This document shows, in pieces, positions 1 through 8,972 of a stretch of DNA of 64,000 bases; the stretch's first letter is position 1; every line of letters starts with the position of its first letter. The notes under the pieces were generated by a model. That model was not told where the DNA came from. It did not search any database and was given only the letters and a program-made list of their open reading frames with translations. The translations under genes and the position numbers were made by a program. Origin of the DNA: Acidobacteriaceae bacterium (lineage in GTDB: Bacteria > Acidobacteriota > Terriglobia > Terriglobales > Acidobacteriaceae); contig JBMFGT010000003.1 of NCBI GenBank assembly GCA_049977205.1, forward strand, positions 124,438 to 188,437. Direction: 5' to 3'.

Positions 1-84
1 GGTGCGTTTTTGTACAAATGCGGCCAGCAGCCAAAAGATGCCGAAAGCGCCCCAAATCCACTTCACTGCACCGGAAAAACCCAT
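1..84 (-). CDS. 5' end of a membrane-protein gene running off the left edge (partial)
   Basis: ATG at 84-82 (minus) has GGAGGG 5 nt upstream. It translates to MGFSGAVKWIWGAFGIFWLLAAFVQKRT (hydrophobic) and lies 43 nt downstream of the efp stop. It is too short to appear in the ORF track. Confidence 0.3.
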   Translation of the reverse strand, partial: MGFSGAVKWIWGAFGIFWLLAAFVQKRT

Positions 85-127
85 GCACACCCTCCGCCCC
101 GCAACAAATAGGCATAGGCTCTGCAAA

Positions 128-688
128 CTAGGCGCGGGAAAGGTAGGCGCCTTCGGCAGTGTCCACGCGGATCTTTTCTCCCTCGTTGATGAAGGGCGGC
201 ACCTGCACAACCAGACCGGTCTCCGTTTTGGCCGGCTTGGTCACGGAGGAGGCGGTGGCGGACTTCAGCCCCGGCTCGGTCTCCACCACGGTCATCTCCA
301 CGGTCTGCGGCAGTTCAACGCCCACGGGCACGCCATCAAAGAACGAAACGCGGACCGAGAGGTTCGGGATCAGATACTCCACGGCGTCACCCAGCATCGC
401 ACCGTTCAGGTGGGTCTGCTCGTAGTTTTCCGTGTTCATAAAGCAATACGCGTCGCCATCGGCGTAAAGGAACTCCATCGGCACTTCGTCCACAATCACG
501 CGGTCAATGGGGTCGGGCGAACGGAAGCGGTGCTCAAACATGGCGCCGGTGCGCAGGTTGCGCAGCTTGGCCTGGATAAAGGCGCGCAGGTTGCCGGGGG
601 TGCGGTGCTCCACGCTGAAGACCGTGTGCAGTTCGCCGTTGTGCTTGATGATCATGCCCGGACGCATCTGGGTGGCGGGTATCGCCAT
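128..688 (-). CDS. efp: translation elongation factor P
   Basis: 186 aa, full-length colinear similarity to EF-P (MRPGMIIKHNGELHTV..., KLRNLRTG, C-terminal VPPFINEGEKIRVDTAEGAYLSRA). The loop tip reads TPGNLRA. Confidence 0.93.
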   Translation of the reverse strand: MAIPATQMRPGMIIKHNGELHTVFSVEHRTPGNLRAFIQAKLRNLRTGAMFEHRFRSPDPIDRVIVDEVPMEFLYADGDAYCFMNTENYEQTHLNGAMLGDAVEYLIPNLSVRVSFFDGVPVGVELPQTVEMTVVETEPGLKSATASSVTKPAKTETGLVVQVPPFINEGEKIRVDTAEGAYLSRA

Positions 689-814
689 AATAAAGCTCCT
701 TACAGGTGTTGAGGGTTTCGTCTTCGGTCGGGACCGGATGGGCGGACCGCCTCAGCGGCCCGTACACCCCAGTGTATCGCATGGACGGGAAGATGTATTT
801 TTGTTCGTCCTGCC

Positions 815-1993
815 TCAGCCTTTGCCGAAGATGCGTTTGAAGAAGTGGCCGATGTGGTGGAAAATGCCGCCGGAGGAAGGTTTGTGTGCAGGCGGGGGCG
901 CTTGGGCGGTTGCAGGGGCCATAGTGCCAGCGGTACTGGCCAAAGTTGGCGCGGTCCGCGCAGAGGTCGTGGGTGGTGCAGCCGGTGTTTGCAGCGCCGC
1001 CGTGGGCGCGCCGGAAGCTGCCGCGCCGGTGGGCCGGGGATGGTTGGCGTCATAGGCGAGCGTGGTGGACACCACCACATGCGGCTGCCCTGGAGCGACG
1101 ACTGGCCCTGCTGGTGGGCCGGGCGGGGACGCCAGTCCTTCGCTCTCGGCAATGGGAAAGGCCGTGTCCGCAGGCGTGGAGCTGGGGCCAGCATTGGCAG
1201 AAGCAGCACTGGCGACCTTCTGCCCGGGCTGGGCGATGTGGCTGTTGCCGGTGTTCCCCGTGCTGGCAATGGAAATTACCGGCGTGGCCGGACAGCCGCA
1301 GGGCACCGGCTCATTGTCCACCACGGAGCGCAGGCTGCCACGCTCAAAAAGCACGCGTTGGTTGGGCTGCACGCGATAGACGCCCGTGCCCATCTCCTCG
1401 CTGACGGTAACGTAGGGGGCGCCGTCCCCGTGGTTCTCCACGCAAGTGTCGCCCCGTTGGTTGACGCGAATGCGTACATCGGCCTTGCCCGGACCGGAGA
1501 GCAGGATACGCAGGTCCGGCGTCAACACCACATCGGAGTCCTTGCCCAGGGTGTAATGCGCCTCCAGCGCGCCGCGGCTGAGCGCCAGCATCAGCGGGCT
1601 GTTGGGGTCGCTGGGCGACTTTTGTTGCGAGAGATGCACGCTGGTGGTGGCGCACAGGTCCAGATCGCCGCCGCGCACCAGATGGATGGCCAGCGTGTGC
1701 TGGCCTGCGGTGACGGTGCTGCCATTGCCCAGCAACAGTGTGTTGCCTTGCAGCGTGATGGCCCCAGCCACCTGCACGTCCTGTGTGGTGGAGGGGCCTT
1801 CAACGCGGCCAATGGTCTGCTGCGCCGTTGCCAAGGGGAGAAAGATGGGCAGAAACAACCACCCAGCCACAGTCCATCCAGCCACACACAATCCAGGCAC
1901 ACACAATCCAACCACAAGCGGCCCGTGAAGCACGGTGCGGAGCAAAGACCGAAGCAGTGGCTGGGGCTGGGGCCGGAGCTGGCAATGGCGCAT
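815..1993 (-). CDS. hypothetical membrane-anchored/secreted protein with a FecR-like beta-rich domain and a Pro/Ala-rich C-terminal region
   Basis: Trimmed from ORF 815..2401 to the ATG at 1993, 2 nt after the trpG stop. It has an N-terminal hydrophobic segment and very high GC3 in this frame. The tail ends ...GGIFHHIGHFFKRIFGKG. The domain call is weak. Confidence 0.6.
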   Translation of the reverse strand: MRHCQLRPQPQPLLRSLLRTVLHGPLVVGLCVPGLCVAGWTVAGWLFLPIFLPLATAQQTIGRVEGPSTTQDVQVAGAITLQGNTLLLGNGSTVTAGQHTLAIHLVRGGDLDLCATTSVHLSQQKSPSDPNSPLMLALSRGALEAHYTLGKDSDVVLTPDLRILLSGPGKADVRIRVNQRGDTCVENHGDGAPYVTVSEEMGTGVYRVQPNQRVLFERGSLRSVVDNEPVPCGCPATPVISIASTGNTGNSHIAQPGQKVASAASANAGPSSTPADTAFPIAESEGLASPPGPPAGPVVAPGQPHVVVSTTLAYDANHPRPTGAAASGAPTAALQTPAAPPTTSARTAPTLASTAGTMAPATAQAPPPAHKPSSGGIFHHIGHFFKRIFGKG

Positions 1994-1995
1994 GG

Positions 1996-2559
1996 CTACT
2001 CCAGCTTCAGGAAATTTGCGATGAGCTGTTTGCCGTCCCTGGTCAGCACGCTCTCCGGGTGGAACTGCACGCCCTCGACGGGGTAGCGGCGATGGCGCAG
2101 GCCCATGATGAGGCCATCGGCGCGGGCGGAGATTTCCAGTTCCTCCGGCAGTCCGTCCTCGGAGACGATCAGCGAGTGGTAGCGGGTGCAGGTCATGGGG
2201 CTGGCGATGCCGCGAAAAATGGTGCGGCAATCGTGCTCCACGGCGCTGGTCTTGCCATGCATCAACCGGGGCGCGCGCACGATATGGCCACCAAAGGCCG
2301 CGCCAATGGCCTGGTGCCCCAGACAAACACCCAGGATGGGGACCTTCCCGGCGAAGTAACGGACCAGTGGGATGCTGATGCCCGCCTCCTGCGGCGTGCA
2401 TGGGCCGGGCGAAAGCAGGATGCGGTCCGGCCCCAGCGCGGCCACTTCTTCCACGGTGACGGCGTCATTGCGGCGGACCACCACCTCCGCACCCAGCTCA
2501 CCCAGGTACTGCACCAGGTTGTAGGTGAAAGAGTCGTAGTTGTCGAGGACGAAGACCAT
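1996..2559 (-). CDS. trpG: anthranilate synthase component II / aminodeoxychorismate synthase glutamine amidotransferase
   Basis: 187 aa with class I GATase motifs: [37 protein letters not shown]. Confidence 0.92.
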   Translation of the reverse strand: MVFVLDNYDSFTYNLVQYLGELGAEVVVRRNDAVTVEEVAALGPDRILLSPGPCTPQEAGISIPLVRYFAGKVPILGVCLGHQAIGAAFGGHIVRAPRLMHGKTSAVEHDCRTIFRGIASPMTCTRYHSLIVSEDGLPEELEISARADGLIMGLRHRRYPVEGVQFHPESVLTRDGKQLIANFLKLE

Positions 2560-2614
2560 TGCGTGACCTTAGTGTACCGTCAGCCCCGTGGCGCGTGCGC
2601 AACGGCATGTGGCC

Positions 2615-4111
2615 TCATCCAATGCGCGCCCGCTCAATGGCGCGCACGAGGGCCTGCGCCTTGTTGACGCATTCCTCGTGTTCTTTTTCTGGCACGGAAT
2701 CGGCGACAATCCCCGCACCGGCCTGGATGTGCCCCTGTTTGCCGCGCAGCAGAAGGCTGCGGATGGCGATGCAGGAATCGAAATTGCCGGAGAAATCAGC
2801 GTAAAAAACGCTGCCGCCATAGACGCCGCGACGCACCGGCTCCAGTTCTTCAATGATCTCCATGGCGCGGACCTTGGGCGCGCCGGTCAGCGTCCCCGCC
2901 GGGAAGCAGGCGCGAAAGGCGTCCACGGCGGAAAGATCAGCACGCAGCTTGCCTTCAATGGCGCTGACCAGGTGCATCACATGGGAGTAACGCTCCACAT
3001 ACATCAGGTCGCGCACCTGCACGGAGCCATACTCGCTGACCCGGCCCACATCGTTGCGGCCCAGGTCGACCAGCATCACATGCTCGGCCACCTCCTTTGC
3101 ATCGGCGCGCAGTTCGGCCTCCATGCGACGGTCTTCCTCTTCGTCCGCGGCGCGAGGACGGGTCCCGGCAATGGGCCGATACTCCACCTTGCGGCCATGC
3201 ACGCGCACCAGCATCTCCGGCGAGGAGCCGACAATGTGCGTATCGCCAGGGGACTTCAATCCAAAGCGCAAAAAATACATGTACGGCGAAGGATTGACGA
3301 TGCGCAGCGCGCGATAAACAGAGAATGGGTCGGCCCCTGGCTGCACGTCAAAACGCTGCGAGAGGACGGTCTGGAAGACGTCACCCGCGGTGATGTATTG
3401 CTGCACCCGACGCACAGCGACCAGGTAGTCCTTTTTCTGCGTGCGGGAGCGGACCTGCAATTTGCCACGCACTGCTATATGGGGCGGTTTAGGCAGGGGC
3501 TTGGCCAGCCTGCGCTGGAACTCCTGGATGCGGCGCAGCGCACCGGCGTATGCCGCGCGTGGCTTGTCCCGTTGCAGGTCAGCCGTGGCCACCAGCAGGA
3601 TTTCCTTTTTGACGTGGTCAAAGGCCAGCACCGTATCAAAGAACAGCAGGCAGGCGTCGGGCATGCCCAGTTCATCTTTGGCGCGCTCCGGCAGGCGCTC
3701 AATCAGGCGCACGGCATCGTAGGAAAAAAAACCAACGGCCCCGGCGGTAAACGGGGGCTGCCCAGGCAGGTGCGCAGACGCGTGTCCGGCCAGCGAATCG
3801 CGCAACAGCTCAAAAACATTGCCTTCGCTGTACTCAATTTTGTGGCCCACCTGGGTGGTGATACTGTCCCCGTAGGCAACAATTTTTTTGTAAGGCCGGA
3901 TGCCGATGAAGGTGTAGCGGCCCACGTTTTCCCCGCCTTCCACGGACTCCAGCATGAAGGCCTCCGGTTCCGTGGCGGCCACCCGAAGAAAGGCGGAAAC
4001 AGGTGTTTCCAGGTCGGCCATCAACGGCTGGACGACCGGAATCAGGTCATGGCTTTTGGCCAGACGCAGGAACTCTTGCAGACCGGGCGTGATGAGAGAA
4101 TTGGCAGGCAT
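2615..4111 (-). CDS. trpE: anthranilate synthase component I
   Basis: Trimmed from ORF 2615..4294 to MPANSLITPG... (498 aa). Chorismate-binding family motifs are present (LESVEGGENVGRYTFIG, GTLTGAPKVRAMEIIEELE, GIVADSVPEKE). It lies upstream of trpG. Confidence 0.9.
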   Translation of the reverse strand: MPANSLITPGLQEFLRLAKSHDLIPVVQPLMADLETPVSAFLRVAATEPEAFMLESVEGGENVGRYTFIGIRPYKKIVAYGDSITTQVGHKIEYSEGNVFELLRDSLAGHASAHLPGQPPFTAGAVGFFSYDAVRLIERLPERAKDELGMPDACLLFFDTVLAFDHVKKEILLVATADLQRDKPRAAYAGALRRIQEFQRRLAKPLPKPPHIAVRGKLQVRSRTQKKDYLVAVRRVQQYITAGDVFQTVLSQRFDVQPGADPFSVYRALRIVNPSPYMYFLRFGLKSPGDTHIVGSSPEMLVRVHGRKVEYRPIAGTRPRAADEEEDRRMEAELRADAKEVAEHVMLVDLGRNDVGRVSEYGSVQVRDLMYVERYSHVMHLVSAIEGKLRADLSAVDAFRACFPAGTLTGAPKVRAMEIIEELEPVRRGVYGGSVFYADFSGNFDSCIAIRSLLLRGKQGHIQAGAGIVADSVPEKEHEECVNKAQALVRAIERARIG

Positions 4112-4255
4112 ACGACATGCACATCCTACACGGTACGGCCCGGAAACGGTAGCCTTTTCCATCCTGCACAGGTACCCTCGGAGACAACAGACAAAAATCA
4201 TGGCTGGCCAGCGCCTGCCATGATGGAATGGCGCACAGAGACAGGAGACCACACC

Positions 4256-4585
4256 ATGCAGGAAAACCACACGGAACATCGTCCCAAAGAACACCCCTTG
4301 CTACGAAACATGGTGCTGATTGCAGTCGCCTTTGGCATGGGCTGGTGGGCGCATAGCGACAGGCATGTGCAGGCCCAGACATCCGGCGATGTCTTCTTCC
4401 AAATCTCCGGGGCCGGCCCGGACAGCGACCTGATGCTCTACTACCCCGATCAAAATGCCATTTATCTCTATCAAAGCGTCCTGACGGGGCTGAATTTTCT
4501 GCCCTGCGCCTATAAATTCCAACTGGGCAAGCCCGGAGCGCCCATCACACGGCACATTTGTCCCATCGTGGATTTTCGCCCGTAG
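4256..4585 (+). CDS. small hypothetical membrane-anchored protein (109 aa)
   Basis: This is the 3' end of track ORF 2588..4585. ATG 4256 is preceded by AGGAG (4243-4247). It has one TM (MVLIAVAFGMGWWAH) and coding-like GC3. It is divergent from trpE, and ATG 4220 is an alternative start. Confidence 0.45.
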   Translation: MQENHTEHRPKEHPLLRNMVLIAVAFGMGWWAHSDRHVQAQTSGDVFFQISGAGPDSDLMLYYPDQNAIYLYQSVLTGLNFLPCAYKFQLGKPGAPITRHICPIVDFRP

Positions 4586-4909
4586 ACATGGCAATGACGA
4601 AGGCAGAGCAATGGGATTACCTTTAAGGTACCTGGCAATAGTTATAGATTGGTAACCCAGGCCCGTCTGCACTAATCTATAAAGTGTGGATGGGGAGTGT
4701 AGAAAAGGCCCGCAGTACGGGCCGCTGGACCGCATCCAATTTTGCATGGCTGATTGCGGAGCACGTCCTTTTGCCGTATCTGCGAAAGGAAGACGCAGTC
4801 CGCCGGTGCTGCCATTGGGGACCTGCCTGGACAAATTGCAACAGACCGCAGCGACCGGAAAAACAAACAATACAGGCCGCGCGCGGCTGGGGACAAGGGG
4901 GAAATTTCG

Positions 4910-5776
4910 ATGAAAATGCAATGGCATTCGATGACAGGACTGGCCATCATGCTGATGGTCTTGACAGCGCATGGGCAGACGACGAAACCAAGCCCGTACG
5001 AGGGCGTTTCGCAACCACCGGCCAACGACCCGATTGTGGCCAATGACGATGCCACGGCCAACCCGCCAGCGCAAGCTCCCGTGGCCAAGAAGACCGCGGC
5101 GGCCTCCGTCCCTGCCAGCAGCCCGGCGGGGAACAGCCAGCCGGCCTTTGCCTCGCGCATTGCGTCCCCCCCAGCCGACCCGGACGCGGAGATTGTCACT
5201 ACGGTCCCGTCCCGGCCCAACGAACTGCCGGAAGGCACCCTTCTCAGGGTCCGATTGGACCAGCAATTATCAACGGCAACCACCCAGCCGGGGTCCCAGT
5301 TCTCCGCGCACATGGCCGCCAATCTCACCAAAGATGGCCGCGTGGTGGTCCCCGTGGGAGCGACTGTGGTGGGCCGCGTGCTCTCCGTCAACCAGGGGCA
5401 CCGCTTCGGGAGTGCGGCCAGCATCCGCTTGCGCCCCGATGAGATTGACCTGCCGGACGGGACGCGATATTTTCTCCACGCCGAACTCTACGACGTCAAC
5501 CCGCACAGTGGCAGCAAGACCGACAGCGAGGGCGATGTGGTCAGCCAGCAACACGGCAAGCGCACCGTCGCAGAGGGCGCCTTGGCGTCTGGCAGTGGCC
5601 TGGCCGCCGGGGCCTTGATTGCCGGTGTTCCCGGCGCTTTGATTGGCGCCGCCGCCGGAGCTGGCATTGTGACGGCGCACTGGCTGCTCGAAAACCATCA
5701 GGCCGTCCTTCCCAAGGACTCCGAGGTGGTCTTCGGCTTGACCGAACCCATGTCCCTGGTGCCGCTGCACGATTAG
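4910..5776 (+). CDS. secreted hypothetical protein with a beta-domain and a C-terminal glycine-zipper segment
   Basis: Trimmed to MKMQWHSMTGLAIMLMVLTAHGQ (signal peptide), with GGGGG upstream. It has a Pro/Ala-rich linker. The segment LPEGTLLRVRLDQQLSTATTQPGSQF...VVVPVGATVVGRV vaguely resembles a TrbI/VirB10-type barrel. The C-terminus is GSGLAAGALIAGVPGALIGAAAGAGIV. Confidence 0.6.
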   Translation: MKMQWHSMTGLAIMLMVLTAHGQTTKPSPYEGVSQPPANDPIVANDDATANPPAQAPVAKKTAAASVPASSPAGNSQPAFASRIASPPADPDAEIVTTVPSRPNELPEGTLLRVRLDQQLSTATTQPGSQFSAHMAANLTKDGRVVVPVGATVVGRVLSVNQGHRFGSAASIRLRPDEIDLPDGTRYFLHAELYDVNPHSGSKTDSEGDVVSQQHGKRTVAEGALASGSGLAAGALIAGVPGALIGAAAGAGIVTAHWLLENHQAVLPKDSEVVFGLTEPMSLVPLHD

Positions 5777-5843
5777 AGAGACCCTGGTCCCAGGCCCCGG
5801 AAGTCGCCCGCAGCGTGGGATGACCGGTGCGGGCCTTCCCGGA

Positions 5844-7166
5844 CTAATCTTTCTCGGTCTTCCGCGCGTCGTACGCTATGCGGCCTTCGCTGAGGGTGAG
5901 ATGCACGCGGCCCGGTAGCGTCCAACCGTCGAAGGGGGTATTGCGCGCCTTGGATTTCCCCTCCGCCGCACGATAGGTCCACCGTTCCTGCGGGGCAAAC
6001 AAGACCACATCGGCCAGTGCGCCAACGGCCAGCGTCCCACGCCCGGCAAGGTGTAGAAGCTGCGCGGGCCGTGTGCTGAGCAGCGCAATCACACGGCCCA
6101 AAGGCATGGAATGCTTTTCATGCAGCAGGAGCAGGGACAGGCCCAAGGCCGTCTCTAGTCCGATAATTCCATTGGGCGCACGCTCAAACTCCTGCTCCTT
6201 CTCATGGATGGCATGGGGAGCGTGGTCGGTGGCGATGGCGTCAATGGAGCCGTCCAGCAGGCCCTCAATCAACGCGGCGCGGTCTGTCTGCTGGCGCAGC
6301 GGAGGGCACATCTTGGCATGGGTGTCATAATCGCCAACGGCCTCTTCCGTCAATGCGAAGTGGTGCGGGGCGGCCTCGCAGGTGACATGCAGGCCATTGC
6401 GCCGGGCGCGACGCACAGCGTCCAGGGAGCGGGCCGTGGAGAGGTGCGCAATATGCAGGTGGGCGCGATTGTCATGCAGTCCAGCCAGCAATTGGATGTC
6501 GCGCTCCACGATGCTGCTCTCCGCATCTGCGGGCATGCCGCGCAGCCCCAGGCGAAAGGCCAGCGCCCCGGCGTTCATGGAGCCACCTTGCGTCTGGCGG
6601 GTGTCTTCTGCGTGTTGGATGACGGGCAGGCCCACGCGCGCCGCTGCCGCCAGCGCCTGGTGCATCATGGCATCCTGCAGGACCGGCTTGCCGTCATCGC
6701 TCAAGGCCACGGCCCCAGCGGCCTTCAGCGCGCCATATTCGGGGATGGATTCGCCCATGCTGCCACGGGTGGCCGCGGCAATGGGGAAGACGCGCACGAC
6801 CGCGCCGCGCTCCGGGGCCTGCATCCAGCGCGTGGTCTCCACCGAATCATTCACCGGGCTGGTATTGGGCATGGCGCAGACGCTGGTAAATCCTCCCGCC
6901 GCCGCCGCTGCTGTCCCCGTGGCGATGGTCTCCTTGTAGCTTTGTCCCGGTTCGCGCAGGTGGACGTGGATGTCCACCAGTCCCGGCGCAACCACCAGTC
7001 CTGTGGCGGAAACAATCTCCGCGTTTTCCCTTGCAGCCAGGGCGTCCAGCTTGCCGAGGGCCTCCACGGCGGCCACGCGGCCATCGCGTAGAAAAATATC
7101 GCGTGCCGCATCCAGGTTGCTGGCCGGATCGACCAAGCGTCCGCCACGAATTAAAAGGGCCGTCAT
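5844..7166 (-). CDS. pyrC: dihydroorotase
   Basis: 440 aa with DIHVHLREPG and the amidohydrolase pattern. The ATGA start/stop overlap with pyrB is at 7163-7166. Confidence 0.9.
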   Translation of the reverse strand: MTALLIRGGRLVDPASNLDAARDIFLRDGRVAAVEALGKLDALAARENAEIVSATGLVVAPGLVDIHVHLREPGQSYKETIATGTAAAAAGGFTSVCAMPNTSPVNDSVETTRWMQAPERGAVVRVFPIAAATRGSMGESIPEYGALKAAGAVALSDDGKPVLQDAMMHQALAAAARVGLPVIQHAEDTRQTQGGSMNAGALAFRLGLRGMPADAESSIVERDIQLLAGLHDNRAHLHIAHLSTARSLDAVRRARRNGLHVTCEAAPHHFALTEEAVGDYDTHAKMCPPLRQQTDRAALIEGLLDGSIDAIATDHAPHAIHEKEQEFERAPNGIIGLETALGLSLLLLHEKHSMPLGRVIALLSTRPAQLLHLAGRGTLAVGALADVVLFAPQERWTYRAAEGKSKARNTPFDGWTLPGRVHLTLSEGRIAYDARKTEKD

Positions 7167-8302
7167 CGTTTTGCACTCTTCTTTGCCATCTTGGTTGGGG
7201 CCTTTGTGCTGGCCGCGCCCAGCGCGCGCGCCACCAGCGCCGTGCGCACAACGACGCCGTGGTGCACCTGTTCAGCCACGGCGGATTGCGGGCCGTCCGC
7301 CACTTCGCTGGTGATCTCCAGCCCGCGGATCATGGGGCCGGGATGCATCACCACCGCCTTGGGGGCATGGGCGGCAAGCCGTGCCGCGTCCAATTGATAG
7401 CGCGCAATATACTCATCCAGGTCCAGCCGCGTGCCCGCCAGACGTTCCTTTTGGATGCGCAGCATCATCACCACATCTGATTGTTCCAGGGCGTGGTCCA
7501 GATTGCGCTCCACGGTGACATTCGGGCCGATGGCGGCGGCCTCCTCTGGCAACAAGACCCCTGGCCCGCAGAAGACCACCCGCGCACCCAGCCGGGGCAG
7601 CAGCAGGGCATTGGAGCGCGCCACCCGGCTATGGAAAATGTCCCCCACAATGGTCACAGTGACGCCTGCCAGGGTCTGCCCCGTAACGCTGCGGTTGCCT
7701 CGTTCTCCCAGGCGCCGCGTCAGGATGGTGCGCAGGTCCAGCAGGGCCTGCGAAGGGTGCTCGTGCATCCCATCGCCTGCATTCAAAATGGGGAGCTGGG
7801 TGGCGCGGGCCAGCAGAAATGGCGCACCGGAGGACGGGTGCCGCAGGATGATGCATTCCGCACCCAGCGAGCGCAAGGTGATGCCAGTGTCCTTGAGCGA
7901 CTCGCCCTTTTCAATGCTGGAAGAGAGTGCGCTGACCAGCGTGGTGTCAGCCCCCAGGGACTTGGCGGCCAGCTCAAATGAAGTGCGGGTGCGGGTGCTG
8001 GATTCGTAAAACAGAAGGGCCACACGACGTTTGAAGAGGCGCTGTTCGCGCAGCCGCGACGGCTCCGTCTCCAGCTCTGCCGCCAGGGCCAAAATATGGT
8101 TGATCTCCTCCAACGTAAGGTGCGTGACCGAAAGCAGGGAGAGGGGATGGAAGTTGGCGCCAGGCTGTTGTGTGGGCGGCGCAGCATTTACCGCTGCCCC
8201 TGTTTCCTCGACGATACTGGGGGCCTGGTCCGTATGGCTGACGCGCGGGCGATTGCGGGATGGGCGGGCAGGTGCTTGTGCAGGGACCTTCGATTTAGCC
8301 AT
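7163..8302 (-). CDS. pyrB: aspartate carbamoyltransferase catalytic subunit (with ~55 aa N-terminal extension)
   Basis: Motifs FYESSTRTRTSFE, HPSQALLDL and HPGPMIRG are present. No in-frame ATG or GTG lies closer to the conserved core, so the extension is tentatively kept. Confidence 0.88.
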   Translation of the reverse strand: MAKSKVPAQAPARPSRNRPRVSHTDQAPSIVEETGAAVNAAPPTQQPGANFHPLSLLSVTHLTLEEINHILALAAELETEPSRLREQRLFKRRVALLFYESSTRTRTSFELAAKSLGADTTLVSALSSSIEKGESLKDTGITLRSLGAECIILRHPSSGAPFLLARATQLPILNAGDGMHEHPSQALLDLRTILTRRLGERGNRSVTGQTLAGVTVTIVGDIFHSRVARSNALLLPRLGARVVFCGPGVLLPEEAAAIGPNVTVERNLDHALEQSDVVMMLRIQKERLAGTRLDLDEYIARYQLDAARLAAHAPKAVVMHPGPMIRGLEITSEVADGPQSAVAEQVHHGVVVRTALVARALGAASTKAPTKMAKKSAKR

Positions 8303-8333
8303 GACCTCTCACTGGGCCGGGGAAGCGGCCCCA
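8303..8333 (-). promoter_or_regulatory. GC hairpin plus CCAGUGAGAGG element immediately upstream of the pyrB start (weak PyrR-box-like / RBS-sequestering candidate)
   Basis: The minus-strand RNA reads GGGGCCGCUUCCCCGGCCCAGUGAGAGGUC-AUG. It forms a 6-bp GC stem followed by a CCAG..AGAGG element that overlaps the SD. Confidence 0.25.
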
Positions 8334-8347
8334 TTGCAGCGCGCAGG

Positions 8348-8932
8348 CTATGGGCCAACGCGCTCGACCAGCAGCACTTGTTCGCTGTCGTCCACTTCTT
8401 CCAGCTTCACCTCGATGATTTCCCGTTGCGAGGTCTGCACGGTGCGTCCGACAAAGGCCGCTTCAATGGGCAGCTCCCGGTGGCCGCGGTCAATCAGGAC
8501 GAGCAACTGTACCCGCTGCGGGCGGCCATGGTCGAACAAGGCGTCCAGCGCCGCGCGCACGGTGCGTCCGGTGTAAAGCACATCATCCACCAATACGATG
8601 TTGCGTCCGTTCACATCAAAGCCAATGGCCCCTGGCTGGACGACCGGGCGCGTGTCGCAGGTGCTCAGGTCATCCCGGTAAAAACTGATGTCGAGAGTGC
8701 CCATGTCCACGGGGTGCTTTTCAATGTTGCCAATCAGCGCGGCCAGGCGTTGCGCCAGGGGCACGCCGCGGCGTTTGATGCCGACCAGGCCCAGGTTTTC
8801 GCTGCCGTTGTTTTTCTCAACGATCTCATGGGCCAGCCGCACCAGTGTCCGTTCAATTTCTGAGGCAGACAGGATGCGCGCCTTTTCCCGTAGGAGCGGA
8901 GACTGTTCAGGGGTGTTTTTTCCTGTGTTCAT
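8348..8932 (-). CDS. pyrR: bifunctional pyrimidine operon regulator / uracil phosphoribosyltransferase PyrR
   Basis: 194 aa with the PRTase motif VLVDDVLYTGRTVRAAL and the PyrR-type N-terminus (ILSASEIERTLVRLAHEI). It is the first gene of pyrR-pyrB-pyrC. Confidence 0.9.
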   Translation of the reverse strand: MNTGKNTPEQSPLLREKARILSASEIERTLVRLAHEIVEKNNGSENLGLVGIKRRGVPLAQRLAALIGNIEKHPVDMGTLDISFYRDDLSTCDTRPVVQPGAIGFDVNGRNIVLVDDVLYTGRTVRAALDALFDHGRPQRVQLLVLIDRGHRELPIEAAFVGRTVQTSQREIIEVKLEEVDDSEQVLLVERVGP

Positions 8933-8972
8933 GTTCTTGGCTGATGATACGAGACCGGGGCGGGGCGGGCAA

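Noticed and set aside
2588-4255. 665-aa plus-strand ORF opposite trpE
   Set aside because: It is an antisense shadow ORF in GC-rich DNA, with an Arg/Gly/His/Ala-rich low-complexity translation and no family resemblance. Only its last ~330 nt (4256-4585), beyond trpE, look coding.
4112-4255. Trp attenuator or leader peptide upstream of trpE
   Set aside because: No short ORF with tandem Trp codons and no terminator/antiterminator pair is visible in the 145-nt divergent region.
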